This document shows positions 1 through 13,101 of a stretch of DNA of 63,852 bases, piece after piece. This stretch comes from Asterias rubens (Eukaryota). Both the position numbers and the translations under genes were made by a program. The notes beneath the pieces are model-generated. The model saw only the letters and a list, made by a program, of their open reading frames with translations, searched no databases and was not told the DNA's origin. The stretch covers positions 310,001 through 373,852 of the forward strand of contig NW_022985694.1 of NCBI RefSeq assembly GCF_902459465.1, written 5' to 3'. Every line of letters begins with the position of its first letter. The stretch's first letter is position 1.

Positions 1-2
1 TT

Positions 3-1794
3 GGATGCCCATGCCATCTAATGCATCTTGCAGCTGAGAAGGCTGATGCACAGCTTCCAGTCTCTGTTGAGGACCTTCTTGTGGACATCTTTTTTTATCT
101 TCAAAAGTCCAGCAAGAGAAAGCAAGAGCTTCAGGAGATTCAAAAACTATGTGGTGTTGCTGTGAAGAAAATTGTGAAGCATGTGAGCACTCGATGGCTT
201 TCCCTCTCACAATGCATAAGTAGGTTGCTTGAGCAGTGGCCTGCTTTGCTTAGATATTTCAAAGAACAATCCAAGAGCAACAAACCCAAGAGCACCCTGC
301 CCACTACCAAGAGCACCAAACCCAGCACCAAGAGCACCCTGCCCACTACTAAGAGCACCAAACCCAGCAGCAAGAGCACCCTGCCCACTACAAAGAGCAC
401 CAAACCCAGCAGCAAGAGCACCCTGCCCACTACCAAGAGCACAAAACCCAGCACCAAGAGCACCCTGCCCACTACAAAGAGCACCAAACCAAGCAGCAAG
501 AGCACCCTGCCCACTACCAAGAGCACCAAACCCAGCACCAAGAGCACCCTGCCCACTACAAAGAGCACCAAACCCAGCAGCAAGAGCACCCTGCCCACTA
601 CAAAGAGCACCAAACCCAGCAGCAAGAGCACCCTGCCCACTACCAAGAGCACCAAACCCAGCACCAAGAGCACCCTGCCCACTACAAAGAGCACCAATAG
701 TGGTAGTGAAAACTCCCAACAGAAGGTTATTAGAGAGTTTGACCTGTCAGAGTATCTCTTCCAGCAGGAGAGTCTAGCAAGGTCTAAGCAAGCCCAAGCA
801 CCACCTGCTGAACTGGGCAAGATCTCAAATAAATCAACACAGCAAAATACAGCTGACATGAAAAGATCATTGCCACAACAGAGAGTAGAGAGAGTTTGCA
901 AGAATATGCAGGACATAAACTTCCAAATGTTTTGCTATTTCTTGGATGCTGTTCTGCCAGTCTTTGATAATGCTAATACCTTGTTGCAACTGGACAAGCC
1001 ATGCATCCATATTCTGCTCAGTACCCTACTTCAACAGCTGAAAGATCTGCTCAACTGCTTTGTCAAGCCAGGTGCAGTCACTGCTTCACAGAAAATCTAT
1101 CAAGTGCAGTACCAAAACATTCAGAATCAGAAAAGCGACCAAAGCCTGTTTGTTGGCAGGAAAACAAGGGACTTCATAGAAGCTAACTCACAGAGTAAGG
1201 AACTAGATCTCCCCAATTTCTACTGTGCCATACGTGCCTTCTACAAAACGGCTGTTGACTACATGATCAAGAAATTCCCTTATGAGGATTCTATACTATG
1301 CATGCAGCAGTTGCTGATGTCAAGAAGGGGGGGAAACAGAATTTACCTCTGTTCAGTTTTTCGTCAAGAGGTTTCCCTGCTTGAATCTTAGTCCTATGGA
1401 CAATGACAAGCTGGAGAGACAGTTCATGGCCTACCAAACCAATGACCTGCCAGAAGTCATCACAAGTTGTGACAGGGCAGACAGGCAATGGCATATTATG
1501 AGCCAACAGAGGGATGGCAATGGTCAACTCACATATAACCTCCTGTCCAAGGTGATGCTTGGCATTCTATGCATTTTCCACTCTAATGCAGACTGTGAGC
1601 GAATCTTCAGTCTTGTCACCAAAAACAAGACTGAGTTTCGACCAAACATGAAGACGGAAACCCTCAACAGTTTAATCACACACAAACAGTTTATGGTTGC
1701 CAAGGGTTCGGTGTGCTACCACCAGAAATATAACAGAGCCACTCTACAGAGGGCCAAGTCAGCAACATATGTCAAACTGTCTGGATCCAAGTGA
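3..1794 (+). pseudogene. hAT-family transposase, C-terminal two thirds, frameshifted
   Basis: Motifs GCPCHLMH (CxxH, from nt 3), STRWLS and HSNADCERIFS (catalytic E, dimerization region). ORFs 21-1391 and 1381-1794 join through frame changes near 1297 and in the G run near 1327. Confidence 0.85.
290..697 (+). repeat. 42-bp coding minisatellite (STLPTTKSTKPS[T/S]K x ~9.7)
   Basis: Direct tandem repeats visible in both DNA and protein, in frame within the transposase. Confidence 0.95.
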
Positions 1795-3433
1795 ACATGC
1801 ATAATTAAACATAGAGTTGTCTAACAGAATAACAGTGTGCTGGTGATTGTCATTTGTAGACAGGATGCTGCACGAGCCTTACTACATTAATAAACATTTG
1901 TAGCTGTTCTGTTGATGCATACAGGTAAGTTATTTCACAACAATGTCTGAAAATGAGCTAATTAGCATTGTAGAGAGTAATAGAAAGATTGGTTTAGGGA
2001 GCCCAAGCTGCGCTCGCACTTAACGTTTGGGAGATGCTACTCTTTTTTGAAATTCAATGTTGGCATCTCTGCTACTGGAAAGATACTTGGATGGATCATC
2101 AAGCTTGAACTTCTTCAGTGAATGCGCATTCAAGTTCAACAGGAATTCCTGCTTTATATAACAAGACAGGAAGCCCTTGAATAGCTTCTCCTGCTCATCA
2201 TGTGCCTTGAAGATAAGTGGAACTTTTGTCTGGAACAAGCAGACATACGACTTGAGTTGTGGTAAAACAGACTTGTAGAGATGGAGGGTCAGCTGTGTCT
2301 TGTGAGAGTAATAAAAAAACTTCTCAACTATCCTCTTCTTCCTATCTCTGCCTTGCTCTGTGAGATTCTTTGCCGACAGTGTTCTCTGAATACTTTTTAT
2401 TCTGTCTCTTTCTGTTGTGTCCAAGCCATATTTGCGAACAAGTTGAAGGACCACTGCCTGATAGACAAACTTATTTGCAGGTGGAAAAAAACCATAGTAG
2501 AACAGTTGATAGGCATCGATCAATCGCAGTGTAGATACAGCCACATCATAGCATGACAACCATCTGTGCTCTATGAATTGGTCAGGCGTCGTAAATGATA
2601 ATCCAATCATCTCACAGATTTCCCTCAGTGCCTCTTTCAAATCAGGTGACCATTTGAAATCATTATGCAGATCACTGAATAACCGCTCCACAAACTTATC
2701 AAATGGCTTGCAGAACTTCTTTGTCGCGTTGTGGATGTGATGACATATGTCTCCATCTATGTCCACAAGATGGGGTGCCTTATTGTCCCGAATACGCTTC
2801 TCTAACCCTGTCTTGTTTCCGCGCATTACTGCACAGGAATCCATAAGAAGAGATACAAGATTCTTCCATGGAATTTCATGGTCGTGAAAAATTTGTACCA
2901 GCACATTGTAGAGTGACTCTGAATTAACTACAACCAGTTCCACTGATTGGAGGTGCTCTACGATGACACATTTGTCTTCTTCTGAGTAGTAGCTGACGAG
3001 TATGGCTAGCACTTTCTTGTTTCCGCTGCTTGTGGCTTCATCTATGTTCAGGGAGAATGAACTGCTCTTGATATTATGAAGTGTCTTCTCCATGACAGTT
3101 TTCTTTAAGCCGTACTGCATCTTGTATGAAGCTGTAGTCCTGTCCATGGTGAGGTCATCAAGGACTTTCTTATCCTTCACAAGCTCTTTAGCAGTGTCTA
3201 TTAGGACAGCCCCCGATTTCACGAAGCGCTGCGACGCGTCGCAAGTGCAAGTTGCGACCGGTTACACGTCGTAAGTTGCGATGCGTATATATCGATTTCA
3301 TGAAAGTTACGATGCGTCGGATACGTCGCAAGTTCCTTGACAACGAGGAAGAACACGTCGTAAAAAGTTGCGACTACCCAAAGGGTCGTCTTACGATGCG
3401 ATATCTCATTGATAGCGCACAAATACATGCAAA

Positions 3434-6400
3434 ATGGCGTTAATGCTGCTTGCAAAGAGCGTTGCGGAGAGAAAGACTTTTTCGCGACAGAACTAACCCT
3501 CTCGACAGTCTAACTGACGATGAAATATTCCGTCGGTATAGATTTACCAGACGGGGTATTTATCACATCGTCGACATGGTTCGTGGAGACATTGAACGTG
3601 TCACAAGGGTAAGCTTTTAAACGTCCAATGACGGCTGGCCCCTTTTAGTTTTTGTTTTAAATTTCCATATAGAACTATAGGCCTAAATAAAATAATGTTT
3701 GGGTGATATGGGGGGGTGGGAGGGGTGCAACAAACTAATCGTTGTCTGATGAGAGACAACGTGATTTTACGTCTATTTTTACAATGCCGCCCTCTTGTGG
3801 ATTGACCCTCACGCGGCGGCGGCTGATGACTGCCGACTGATCATTAACCAACCCACACACAATGATCTTTAGCCTTCAGTCAAGGCCCAGCTGCCGCCCA
3901 GAGCGCAACCACACCTCTCAGCACGAACAAGACTGGTACCAGCGGGGAACTCCCCCATCTTTTTTTTCGTTCTAGACAGTGGTGGCGCTGTTGGTTTGGG
4001 CAGCAAACTCAAGTTTCTGAAATATTATTGTTAAATACCAATACATTGTAGCTCTCTTTAAAAAAATATCCTGATTTGTTTATAATTATTCCCTTCAAGT
4101 TTTTATTTATTTATCAATTTCCTTTTTTCTTCTTTTTTTGTAAAGTAAAACTACTAATAAACCAACCCACAAAACTCTTCCACACTATGTCCAATCCAAA
4201 CAAAGTTGGCCAATCAAAATGAATTATATAAAGTTATATCTGGTTATGAAACAAAAAGGATCCTAAAAAGCATAGGGCACAGAGATACACATGAGAGAAA
4301 ACTAAGAAATACCAGTTTATGATTAGAGGAAACCCCCAATAGGGAACATTGGGCCAGCATATAATGTCCTATACCAATGTATATTACTGACACAAAGAAA
4401 TTAAGTCAGATAGACATATGAAAATAAGTTTCTTTATTTACACCAGAAATAAGCTTATTCTAATACAAACAACTAGTTTTGACCACTCTTCACAGACTGT
4501 TTATATTAAATTTGACCAGCTTTTTCAAACATGAAACAAAAAATACACTTTATTATAACACACAAAATATTTTACTGCTTAAAAATTTGTTTATTTTATA
4601 GTAAAAGGGCATGATAAGTTCTCTATTATTTCTATCACATGAAATATCACATGAAATATTGGTAAACCCTTGCAACATGGAGAGTAATATAAACTTGCCA
4701 TAAAGGATTTGGGTACCTTTTCAAAATGTCCATAGATTTACATTAAACTTACAGGGTTTGAAGATACAATGTAATGATAGTGGAAAGCTCCCCTTCAAAT
4801 ATTACTTACTGAGGTGCTGCAGTTTTTGAGAAATGAGTAAAACAATGTCATGAAAATACGTTGGTAAATGATTAAAATAATTTTCGTCTCATGAGACGAC
4901 AATAGGAGACTTTCCAACGCTAGGTGGCAGCAGACATACCGGGTAAATTTCCATTGTTTACGTAGTTCTGAACATGCGCATAATTCTGAGAACAATGGAT
5001 TTACCCGGTAAGTCTGCTGCCCTCTATCGTCCCAGAAAGTCTCCCATTATTTTCATGCCACTGTTTTACTCATTTCCCCAAACTACAGCACCTCGGCACG
5101 TAATATTTTCAGGGAAGCTTTCTACTATCATTATCTTCAAACTGTGTAAGTTTAGTGTAAATCTGTGGACATTGTGTTTGTCCTACAAAACTATGAAATG
5201 AAATGCTGAAAGTGTTTTTCTTTTCACAGCGTAGCAATGCAATTCCAGCTCACATGAAGGTACTGACAGCATTAAGGTTTTATGCCACAAGTTCATTTTA
5301 CACTGTGCATGGAGACCTTCATACCGTCAGTGTACCATCAGTGGATAGTACATGGAGTAACACGGGCATTTTGCAGACTGGCAAACGTAGTCATCAGGTT
5401 TCCTGCAAACTTGCAAGAGGAAATGCAAAAAAAAAGAGAATTTTTTGCACTGGCCAACTTCCCTGATGTGATTGGAGCAGTTGACTGCAGCCACATTCGC
5501 CTCTATGGAGCACCATTAGGTGATAATGAACATCTGTTTGTCAACAGAAAAGGGTTCCACAGCATAAACGCCCAAGTGATCTGTGATGCGAAGTTTAACA
5601 TCATAAATGTGGTTGCCAGATGGCCGGGGAGTATGCATGACAGTGCTATTTTTCATGGAAGCCGTATCAGTGACAGATTTGAAAATGGGAGGTTTGTCAG
5701 AAATTTTCTTTCTACCTGGTGTACAAAAGAAAAAGAAAAACAATTTCATCCAAATTAAACATCTGAAATTTGCACAAAGTGAGGGAAATTGTTTGCAGAA
5801 ATTAGCTAACATCACCATGCCTTTTTATATTGAACATTACAAAAATTTTAATAGGAATAAACATAAAATAAAACTTAAAAATCAAATGTCCGATTGTATT
5901 GGTACAGTATTCACAATTTTATCAGTTTGTAAGCTCACTGTTTCTGAAGATCATGCCAGTACCAGTCTTCATGGGATGTTTCCTTCTGAAATCCTGTCAA
6001 AGGCGAAAAAAACAGAAGATGAAGATACACTGTATATAGTTTGTTGACACAACTCAAATTGAAATAATGTGTCTATATAGTACAAATGTGCAAGGTTTTC
6101 AACTATTTTCTCGTGACTCAGACAACAGATTAAGCCAAACTTTGTTTTTTTGTTTTTTGTCAACACTGAACCAAACAAAGTAACAATGTTTCAATCATCT
6201 TTATAAATCCTTAGCTTTACCTAATCACAAAAAAGTAATACATATTTATCTACCTGCAACCAGATTCCATGGAGTTCTCATTGGCGACACAGGGTATGCC
6301 CTTCGTCCATGGCTGATGACCCCTGTACAATATCCAGCAACAAATGCTGAAAGAAGATACAATAGGTATAGTAGTTTAATATTGATTTAAGCCTCCATTA

Positions 6401-6851
6401 CTATTAACAAACTATCAGTTACAATATAATTGATAGTGAGTTCATGTGGCAGGTTTAAATTATTATCGCAATGTTATGACATAAATAAATAAATTGCAAT
6501 ATTAAAGAAAGATAAACAATACATAACATACTTGTTTCAAATTTTCGTGCATTTTTTTGCCTCAGGAGTCATAGACGAACACGGGTTGTCATTGAGCAAA
6601 CCTTTGGACAGCTCAAGAGAAGATTTCCTTGCCTTTCCCTTGGAATGAGGGTATCCCCAGAAAGGGCATGCTTCATCATAAAAGCTTGTTGTGTACTCTT
6701 TAACATCTCCAAGAGTCTCAGGGAGCCTGAATTTGATGGTGATCTTGATGAAGATGCAGACGACAACTATGAAGATGAAGGCATTCAGTACAACGGCCCT
6801 TTGCATGATGGCACAGTCAAGAGGAACGAACTAATCAATCGCTATTTCTAA
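3434..6851 (+). pseudogene. HARBI1-like DDE nuclease (Harbinger transposase); exons 3434-3608, 5230-5691, 6264-6365, 6566-6851
   Basis: Motifs RRERLFRDRTNPLD, ALRFYAT, VIGAVDCSHI (D), NRKGFHSINAQVICD, WPGSMHDS, LIGDTGY (D), VIEQTFGQLKRRF (E). Splice phases fit. Frameshifts near 3450 and 5343. Confidence 0.9.
4902..5047. repeat. Small palindromic MITE-like element in nuclease intron 1
   Basis: GGAGACTTT..GGCAGCAGACATACCGGGTAAAT..CCATTGT is mirrored by ACAATGGATTTACCCGGTAAGTCTGCTGCC..AAAGTCTCC. Confidence 0.6.
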
Positions 6852-6892
6852 CTGGAAGAGAACAAGATTTGTCAGGGGTTGTAAATAAGCGA

Positions 6893-7034
6893 TTAAAAGG
6901 GTAGCGACGAGTTCTTAAACGGCAGTTAAAACCGGCAGGGTCATGGCATGTGTTCGACGAGGGCCTTTTTTTGACGGCAAAAAAACATGCAAGGTTTTAA
7001 ACGGCCGTTTAAGAACAAGTCACTAGTCTTTTAT
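6893..7034. repeat. Palindromic MITE-like element
   Basis: GACGAGTTCTTAAACGGC ... GCCGTTTAAGAACAAGTC inverted arms. Confidence 0.6.
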
Positions 7035-7880
7035 TCCCATTCATAAATACCTTTTTGGTTTAAAAAAGCATAATAAATCATAAAGTAAGAAACTCTGTTA
7101 AGCTTATCCATTTCCGACGTGCTTGAGCTCCGTGTGTTGCATTGTTATGACTGAGACAACAGTTTTCGAATCTGTTCGTGCGCATATAGTTTTGGTGCAA
7201 GGTGTCTCATTTTCCTTTCACACACAGCACGGCCAACTAACCAACAGCGCCCGCATCGCCCGTAACAAGAAACGTCTTGCACCAAGACTAGCCCAGAGTA
7301 TCCACTCACAACCGGTTATAAACACTGGTCATTATTAAAGGTTTAAACACCCCCACATTTTTTATTTGCAGTTCACATTTTCTCAACCCTTGCGCATTAT
7401 TCTGATATTGGCAGAAAATTACTATATTTCTCCTTCAAATTTGTCAAAAGCAAGCTTGCAACTACCAAATTTAATTGCAGTACACTATGTGCACCCGGGC
7501 AGAAGTAAATTTGAATATGGGACGCAGACGCGCTATATTTTTCGCTGTTCCACTCGAGCTTGTGTGATAACTTGTATAATCCCTAGACTTGGGCCTAGGG
7601 GAGAGGGGTCAAGGAGCTGAATTTGACACACTGTTCGGTTTTTTTTCGAATTCTTTGGCACTAAAAACACAAAAAAATCCACATACATGATTCATTATTG
7701 TGTTCTCTTTTCCTTGAGACTGAATGTGTCTTTTAATGATTTTCTTTTAAGAACAAACACAATTCTTTTTATACAATTATGTAAATAGGTATACAGTAAA
7801 CAGACCATGATATTTTTTTGTTAGAAATTACATGTACAACTGAAATTACTAATCAAAAAGGAAAGCTTCAGAACCTCTGT

Positions 7881-8244
7881 TAAAGACACTGGACACTATT
7901 GGTAATTGTTAAAGACCAGTCTTCTCACTTGGTGTATCTCAACATGAGCATTAGAATAAGTTGTGTACTTTAAGATTTGAAATGCAACGTTAGGAGAATA
8001 TAAAGTGTTGAAGTTTGAATAAAATGTTGTATTGACATCATCCAATTGGCACACTCAGTTATTTTTATCAAATACATGAACTAGGATGTCTAGAAATGGC
8101 CTTTTGCACCCGCTGCCCCCCCCCCCCCCCCAAACCCAAAACAAAAATGTCTGGTAACAACCAACCTCTCCCCATTATACGTTACCAAGTAAGGTTTTAT
8201 GCTAATAAATATTTTGAGTAATTACCAAGTGTCCACTGCCTTTA
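7881..8244. mobile_element. MITE with ~25-bp TIRs
   Basis: TAAAGACACTGGACACTATTGGTAAT / ATTACCAAGTGTCCACTGCCTTTA. The same right end recurs at ~14380-14437. Confidence 0.7.
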
Positions 8245-8537
8245 AAGCTTTGACTGAAACTATAAAGTAATTCCCGCAATAATTATGGGCAAATTAAGAG
8301 GATGTTAAACGAAACCTCCCCCCACCCCCCAAGAAAAAAATAAAAATATAAATGAAGAAACAACTTATTTATATTATTTAATAATATATTACTTTAATAA
8401 TTTATCAATTAAATAATTTATTTATATTATTTAACAATTTTGTTTATTTCTAGCTAAGTCAACAATTATCCATTAAAATATGGCAAGGCTCTGTCCAAAA
8501 CAAGGTAGACCAACACAAACATCTTCAAATAAAACAA

Positions 8538-10948
8538 TTAACCCTCATTCACTAGTGTCATCCCATTTTCCTGCAGCTTCACATTTAACAAGACACTTAA
8601 GGTTTGGCTGATATTAGCCAAAGCTTCTGCAATCTGTTTAGAGACGCCTAACTGTTCCTTTGCTACTACCAACCTTTCCTTTTCAACATTATATATGGCA
8701 TTATTAGGTATCCTTGTACATGTACTGAGTTTGGTGGTCAGCTTTGGTTTCTTTGCCACCACAGGCATATCCTCTTCCTCTTCCTCCCCCTCCGGCTCAC
8801 ACTCATCTTCTCCACCATCTTCAACAACCGCCTGTCTTGCATCTTCGGCAGCTATTACTGTGGAAGTTGTAAAGTGAAGAATTAGACAAATTACGTGCAA
8901 GTTCAATACCATGGTAGCAAATTTTATAGTTGAAAAAAATATTATCCTCATGAATAGTTAGTTAAAAAGAAAATGTAGTTACCATATGCCACATTGTTGA
9001 TCATGGCCACGTCCTCATTAAGGTCCGTCTCACCATCTTCATGGTTAACAATGCCATCCTTGGCAATGGGGTCCAACACATCCAGTACAATATCATACGT
9101 CTTGTTTGGTTTGGGCTTCGGACCCCCTCCTGAAAGCAAAAACAAGTAAATTATTTCAGAGCAGTTCATCACCCACTTTCATGGCACTGTATAATAAAAA
9201 CACTGGAAGTAGTAAAGGTTTTTATACCACCCTCCAGTACGAGCATCTGATTGGTGGATAACGTTGGTTATTACACGAGCACGAGTGGAATTCAAAAAAA
9301 TATTGTGCTTGCGCGTCTCATATTAAATGAGGCGAAGACCGAGTTATACTTTTAAGGTGCTTCTGTAAACCCAGTGTGGTTTATGTAAATGGCTGAGGGC
9401 AGAGATGGTTTTTGTGAATGATGAGCTTGGTGTGTGTTACTTCACATGTATATTTGCATAACAGGTTGTAAGCCCCCCACCCCCCCCCCCCCCCCCGCAA
9501 ATCCCCACAGAGCGGAGCTGAGATGGATAAAATGGAATGAAATACATTGCACGGTAAATAGGGATAAATAAGTACCCCGAAAAAGGAAAACTTACTCACC
9601 TGTCTTGGAAAACTCTTGGTGGTAAGCCTTGGCCTTGCTGGCCACATCTGACCACTTATGACGGATCTTATCATGATCACGCTTGCGTCCCCCACTCGCA
9701 ACAAGAACTTCTGATAACTGTTTCCAGTGTTCAGTCTTCACACTCTCCACACCTGCATCGGCCTTCTTTCCCTTCGTGTTCGTTCCAAATAACGCGGCTG
9801 TATTTGCTTTCACAAAGGCACACAAAACCGCCACTTCTTCATGCTCCCAGTTTGGTGAGCGGTCAGACGTTTTAGTGTTTCTGCACACATTTTGTTTATA
9901 TCGGCAAAAAAGTGCACAAAGTTACATTAGCCTACAACAGTCATGACAGTCATCAAATGTAAATAAAAACCAAGTAAGTCGCAAGCATTGCTGAGTTTTC
10001 TCTAACATGACTAAGTAATAAATTTGATATGGTATTTTATAAGGCTATAATTATATATTTATAAATAATTTATATTAATTTTGGTTTTTACCCACACACT
10101 GATGTGTGTTAGTTAGCACTGTATACTCAGTACTTTCCCCTGAGTCCTGTGAAAAAATAACACAGGCATGTTACTCGGGTGGGATTGGAACCCACAACCC
10201 TCCTGACGCTTGCAATTCTAGAGCAATAATTTATGGTATTTTTATTATAGCATATTCTGATGATGATAGTGACTCGTTTTGTGACAGTTTTTGATTGTCA
10301 TGAATGAATTGATTGATGCCCAACACATTTTTTGTGTGCTACCCTCAGGCTCTGGTCAGTCGGTGCTCTACAAAGATTCATTTCATGTCATCTAAATTGT
10401 AATTATTGACATATTATTTTAAATAAATAAAATAACTGTCAGGACAGTGAGTCTGACACTCAGTGTAGCAGATTGTTATATTTTGCAAGAACCAAATTGT
10501 TTCACTTGATTGAAGTTGCTGTCGAATGTTGTAAATCGTTTCCTCGCTCCACAAAACAAAAACGAGAACAACACGCTAAACGATACATAACGTTAAACAA
10601 AGTTACATGTACGTACACTTTTTTCATGTTTTTGCTGCAGCGGGCTGATACTTGGTTCAGTAACAACAACGAACAGTTGACCTTTTTATCGTAGCAACTG
10701 ACTGACTGTGTAACAGTGTAATGTAATAATTTGCACTCGGAATACTTGAATGTAGTCTCTAAGAATGACACCCAAAAGATCGACACAATTCTACTCAACA
10801 ACAATACTTACTTTGAGTGAGTACTTTCAGCGCCTTTCACAACTTCAGCAGACGACATTTCACTCGCTTTCACTCTACTCCAATCATTTTCCACGATTTC
10901 TCGCCAGTGCGTCCATGTGTGCGTGGAACGGTACTGAGTGTCTGCCAT
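8538..10948 (-). CDS. Harbinger Myb/SANT-like DNA-binding protein; exons 10948-10812, 9880-9600, 9129-8983, ~8854-8538
   Basis: RSPNW...W..L..VL...GGRKRD..KIRHKWSD trihelix signature, GGGP linker, acidic tract and C-terminal coiled coil. The splice phases I checked (2,1,1) keep one open frame. Confidence 0.85.
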
Positions 10949-13084
10949 CTTGAATGAATTATATACGACTGTTCCATGACCCAAGTTGCAACAACACGAA
11001 ACAGCCGTACAACTTTAATAGTTCATCCTCGTCCAAAGGGTTGTTTTTATTAAGAGTGAAAATGGTTTGAGTTGCAACTCGTCGCGCTTACGACGTGTTT
11101 GGTGAAATGGATTGTGGAACTCGTCGCAGCCGCGACGTGTCGTAGTCTGCGACACATCGCAAACCCTACGATGCTTCGCTACTTGCGATGAGTTTCGTGA
11201 AATCGGAGGCAGGTGCCATAGTGAAGGGGAGGTTGTGCTCAGCTAGTACACCCAATATCACTGCCTTTTAATAAAAACAAAAGAAAAACACAGTGCATTT
11301 TAATAATTGAAAACACAAATTCAAAATGATGTCAACAAGTTTGTTAACCTAAAAGTCTAATGCTAGAATAAACAAAATGTCACAATGTAACCAATACATA
11401 TTACAACTAAATGAATGATCACCTGTGCCTGTGCTAATCTGTCGGCCCTGGTAACTCTAAGCTTTGCTGGCTCTGTTGGATTTCTTGTGTCTACTCCAAT
11501 GTCTCCAGGATGCAAAAGGAGAGGATTCAAACCATATGGAGGGGTGCTTCTGGAGGATTGACCTGTGGAAAAAGTATATTTGAAACCATTGTTAACATAT
11601 TAAAATTAAAACAACACTGGCTCGAAAGATATTGGTATGCAACGCACTAATATTCACAACAGATTAAATAAATAAAACAGAGGTAAGGTTCCCAAAACAA
11701 CAGCAAATAGAAAAAAAAACAACAACTTGCTTTTTCACTATTTGGCCCAAATTTCTGCCCTGAATAATACTTTTTCATAAACAATTATTTTTTATGTGTT
11801 TGCGATTTGAGGATCGGTTGTATAGCACATCTTTTGCAATGAAATGTTCGTGATTTAATGACCAACGACGGCGCACACTGGGAAAATATTATGCGGCGAG
11901 AGCGATGCGTTTATGAGTACGAGGTTATAATTTAACATTGAATATAACTAGAACGAGGTTGAGATTAGACTCCACAAAGTGCATTTTCCAACCCCGGAAA
12001 TTCGAGTTGTATGTGACAACGTACATTGTGCATGTGGAGGATACGATGATTACAATACAACAAGGTTCGTCACTCAAGCAAGTAAAAAAAAAAAAAGATC
12101 AACAATCTATAAAATTATTAAGACACAACCTAATATTAAAATAATAGAAACAAAGCTCATAATTACCGTGTTCTACCACTGATAACCGATAGTTGGTTCG
12201 CCTCTCTCTCTTAACCGGCGTTTGTGCTCACTCTTGGTTGCGTGTTTCTGCAATGCAGTCCAGCCAGAGCTTCCATATCTGATCGTGGCTTGGCAACATG
12301 TACAAAATGCATCGCCAGCTTGATTAAGCTTGCGAAAACAATCGCTGACTAAATGCTGGTCAGGAGATCCAGGAAACAAAACTTTGTCGCACCAGCTCCA
12401 ATTCCATTTATTCTTTATCGTTTTGTCAATTTCCTTGACATCAACAGCGGCATCACGTTGCACAAACGCTACACTGAGTGCCATTTTGACTCAGCGACAG
12501 CGGAAAATGTCTGCCATGTGCATGCCGCTGGTTGTGCAACAACATGTGTAGCAAATAGACTCGCACAAGTCGCAGTTAGTTATTTTGTTCAACACTAGCA
12601 TTGTGATACACATCGCGCGCGCCAACCACACACATAAAACACACAGAGGACTTGTTCTTCACAGTCTACAGGATGTAGTGAGAATTTGGCTGACTGCACA
12701 GTGCCCCGCGTGTATGAAAGATTGTATTTTACGTATCACGTCTTGACAAATTCTCCATACATGCGCATTTCGGTGACGTAAACAGTGAGGATCCGAATAT
12801 AAGAAACACGTGACGTCTTTTTGTGTACACATATTAAACACGGACGAAACGAGAAAGCGCACTTCCTTTCCATCCGGCATCAATGTATTAAATGTGCATT
12901 TTCTCAGGAAATTTTCACAATATTTTTCAACATTTGACCTTAACCCACCTGGACCTACCCCCCAAATTTTATATCAAATTCACATTGAACTCGGAGACCA
13001 CATATTTTGAAGTGAAAAATCCGGAAATCCGGAAAAATCCGGAAGATTCTCATGCCTGAACTCGAGATAGGATTAATCCTAGCG

Positions 13085-13101
13085 TTTCGTGAAATCGGCT
13101 G
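13085..13101. repeat. Orphan Harbinger-type terminal sequence
   Basis: TTTCGTGAAATCGGCTG followed by CAG, nearly identical to the Harbinger right end at 11193-11209, which is also followed by CAG. Confidence 0.6.

Larger units (their letters stand above)
1..2071 (+). mobile_element. hAT-like DNA transposon #1 (3' part; 5' end outside window), inserted into hAT #2
   Basis: Contains transposase ORFs. The right end read on the minus strand is CAGAGATGCCAAC (hAT-type TIR start) ending at 2071, followed by 8 bp CTACTGGA and then hAT #2 coding sequence. Confidence 0.75.
3210..11209. mobile_element. PIF/Harbinger DNA transposon, 8,000 bp
   Basis: TIRs CC[C/T]CCGATTTCACGAA at both ends; 3-bp CAG TSD at 3207-3209 and 11210-11212. 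Removing it restores the hAT #2 reading frame. Contains convergent nuclease and Myb/SANT genes. Confidence 0.93.
2072..12484 (-). pseudogene. hAT-family transposase with N-terminal BED-like zinc finger; exons 12484-12167, 11562-11423, 11264-11210 + 3206-2072
   Basis: GT-AG phases are consistent. The rejoined protein reads ...RADRLAQAQ/AVILGVLAEHNLPFTMAPVLIDTAKEL... Motifs: CTCC..H zinc finger, LNIDE, LLMDS, DICHHIH, HRWLS. One extra AG in the AG run near 12205 frameshifts exon 1. Confidence 0.85.
2072..13058 (-). mobile_element. hAT-like DNA transposon #2, interrupted by Harbinger (3210-11209) and cut by hAT #1 at 2071/2072
   Basis: Surviving terminus CAGGCATGAGAATCTTCCGG (minus strand from 13058) with CCGGAAA subterminal repeats at 13018-13045. 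Spliced transposase gene inside. Confidence 0.75.

Noticed and set aside
140-916. Three extra ORFs (140-916, 207-719, 229-777) with Leu/Val-, Gly/Ala- or Pro/Arg-rich repeats
   Set aside because: They are alternative frames of the stop-free 42-bp minisatellite; the real frame is the hAT transposase.
10502-10804. Possible third Harbinger gene (Cys-containing 100-aa ORF)
   Set aside because: It lies in intron 1 of the Myb gene, has no recognisable motif and starts at a non-ATG codon.
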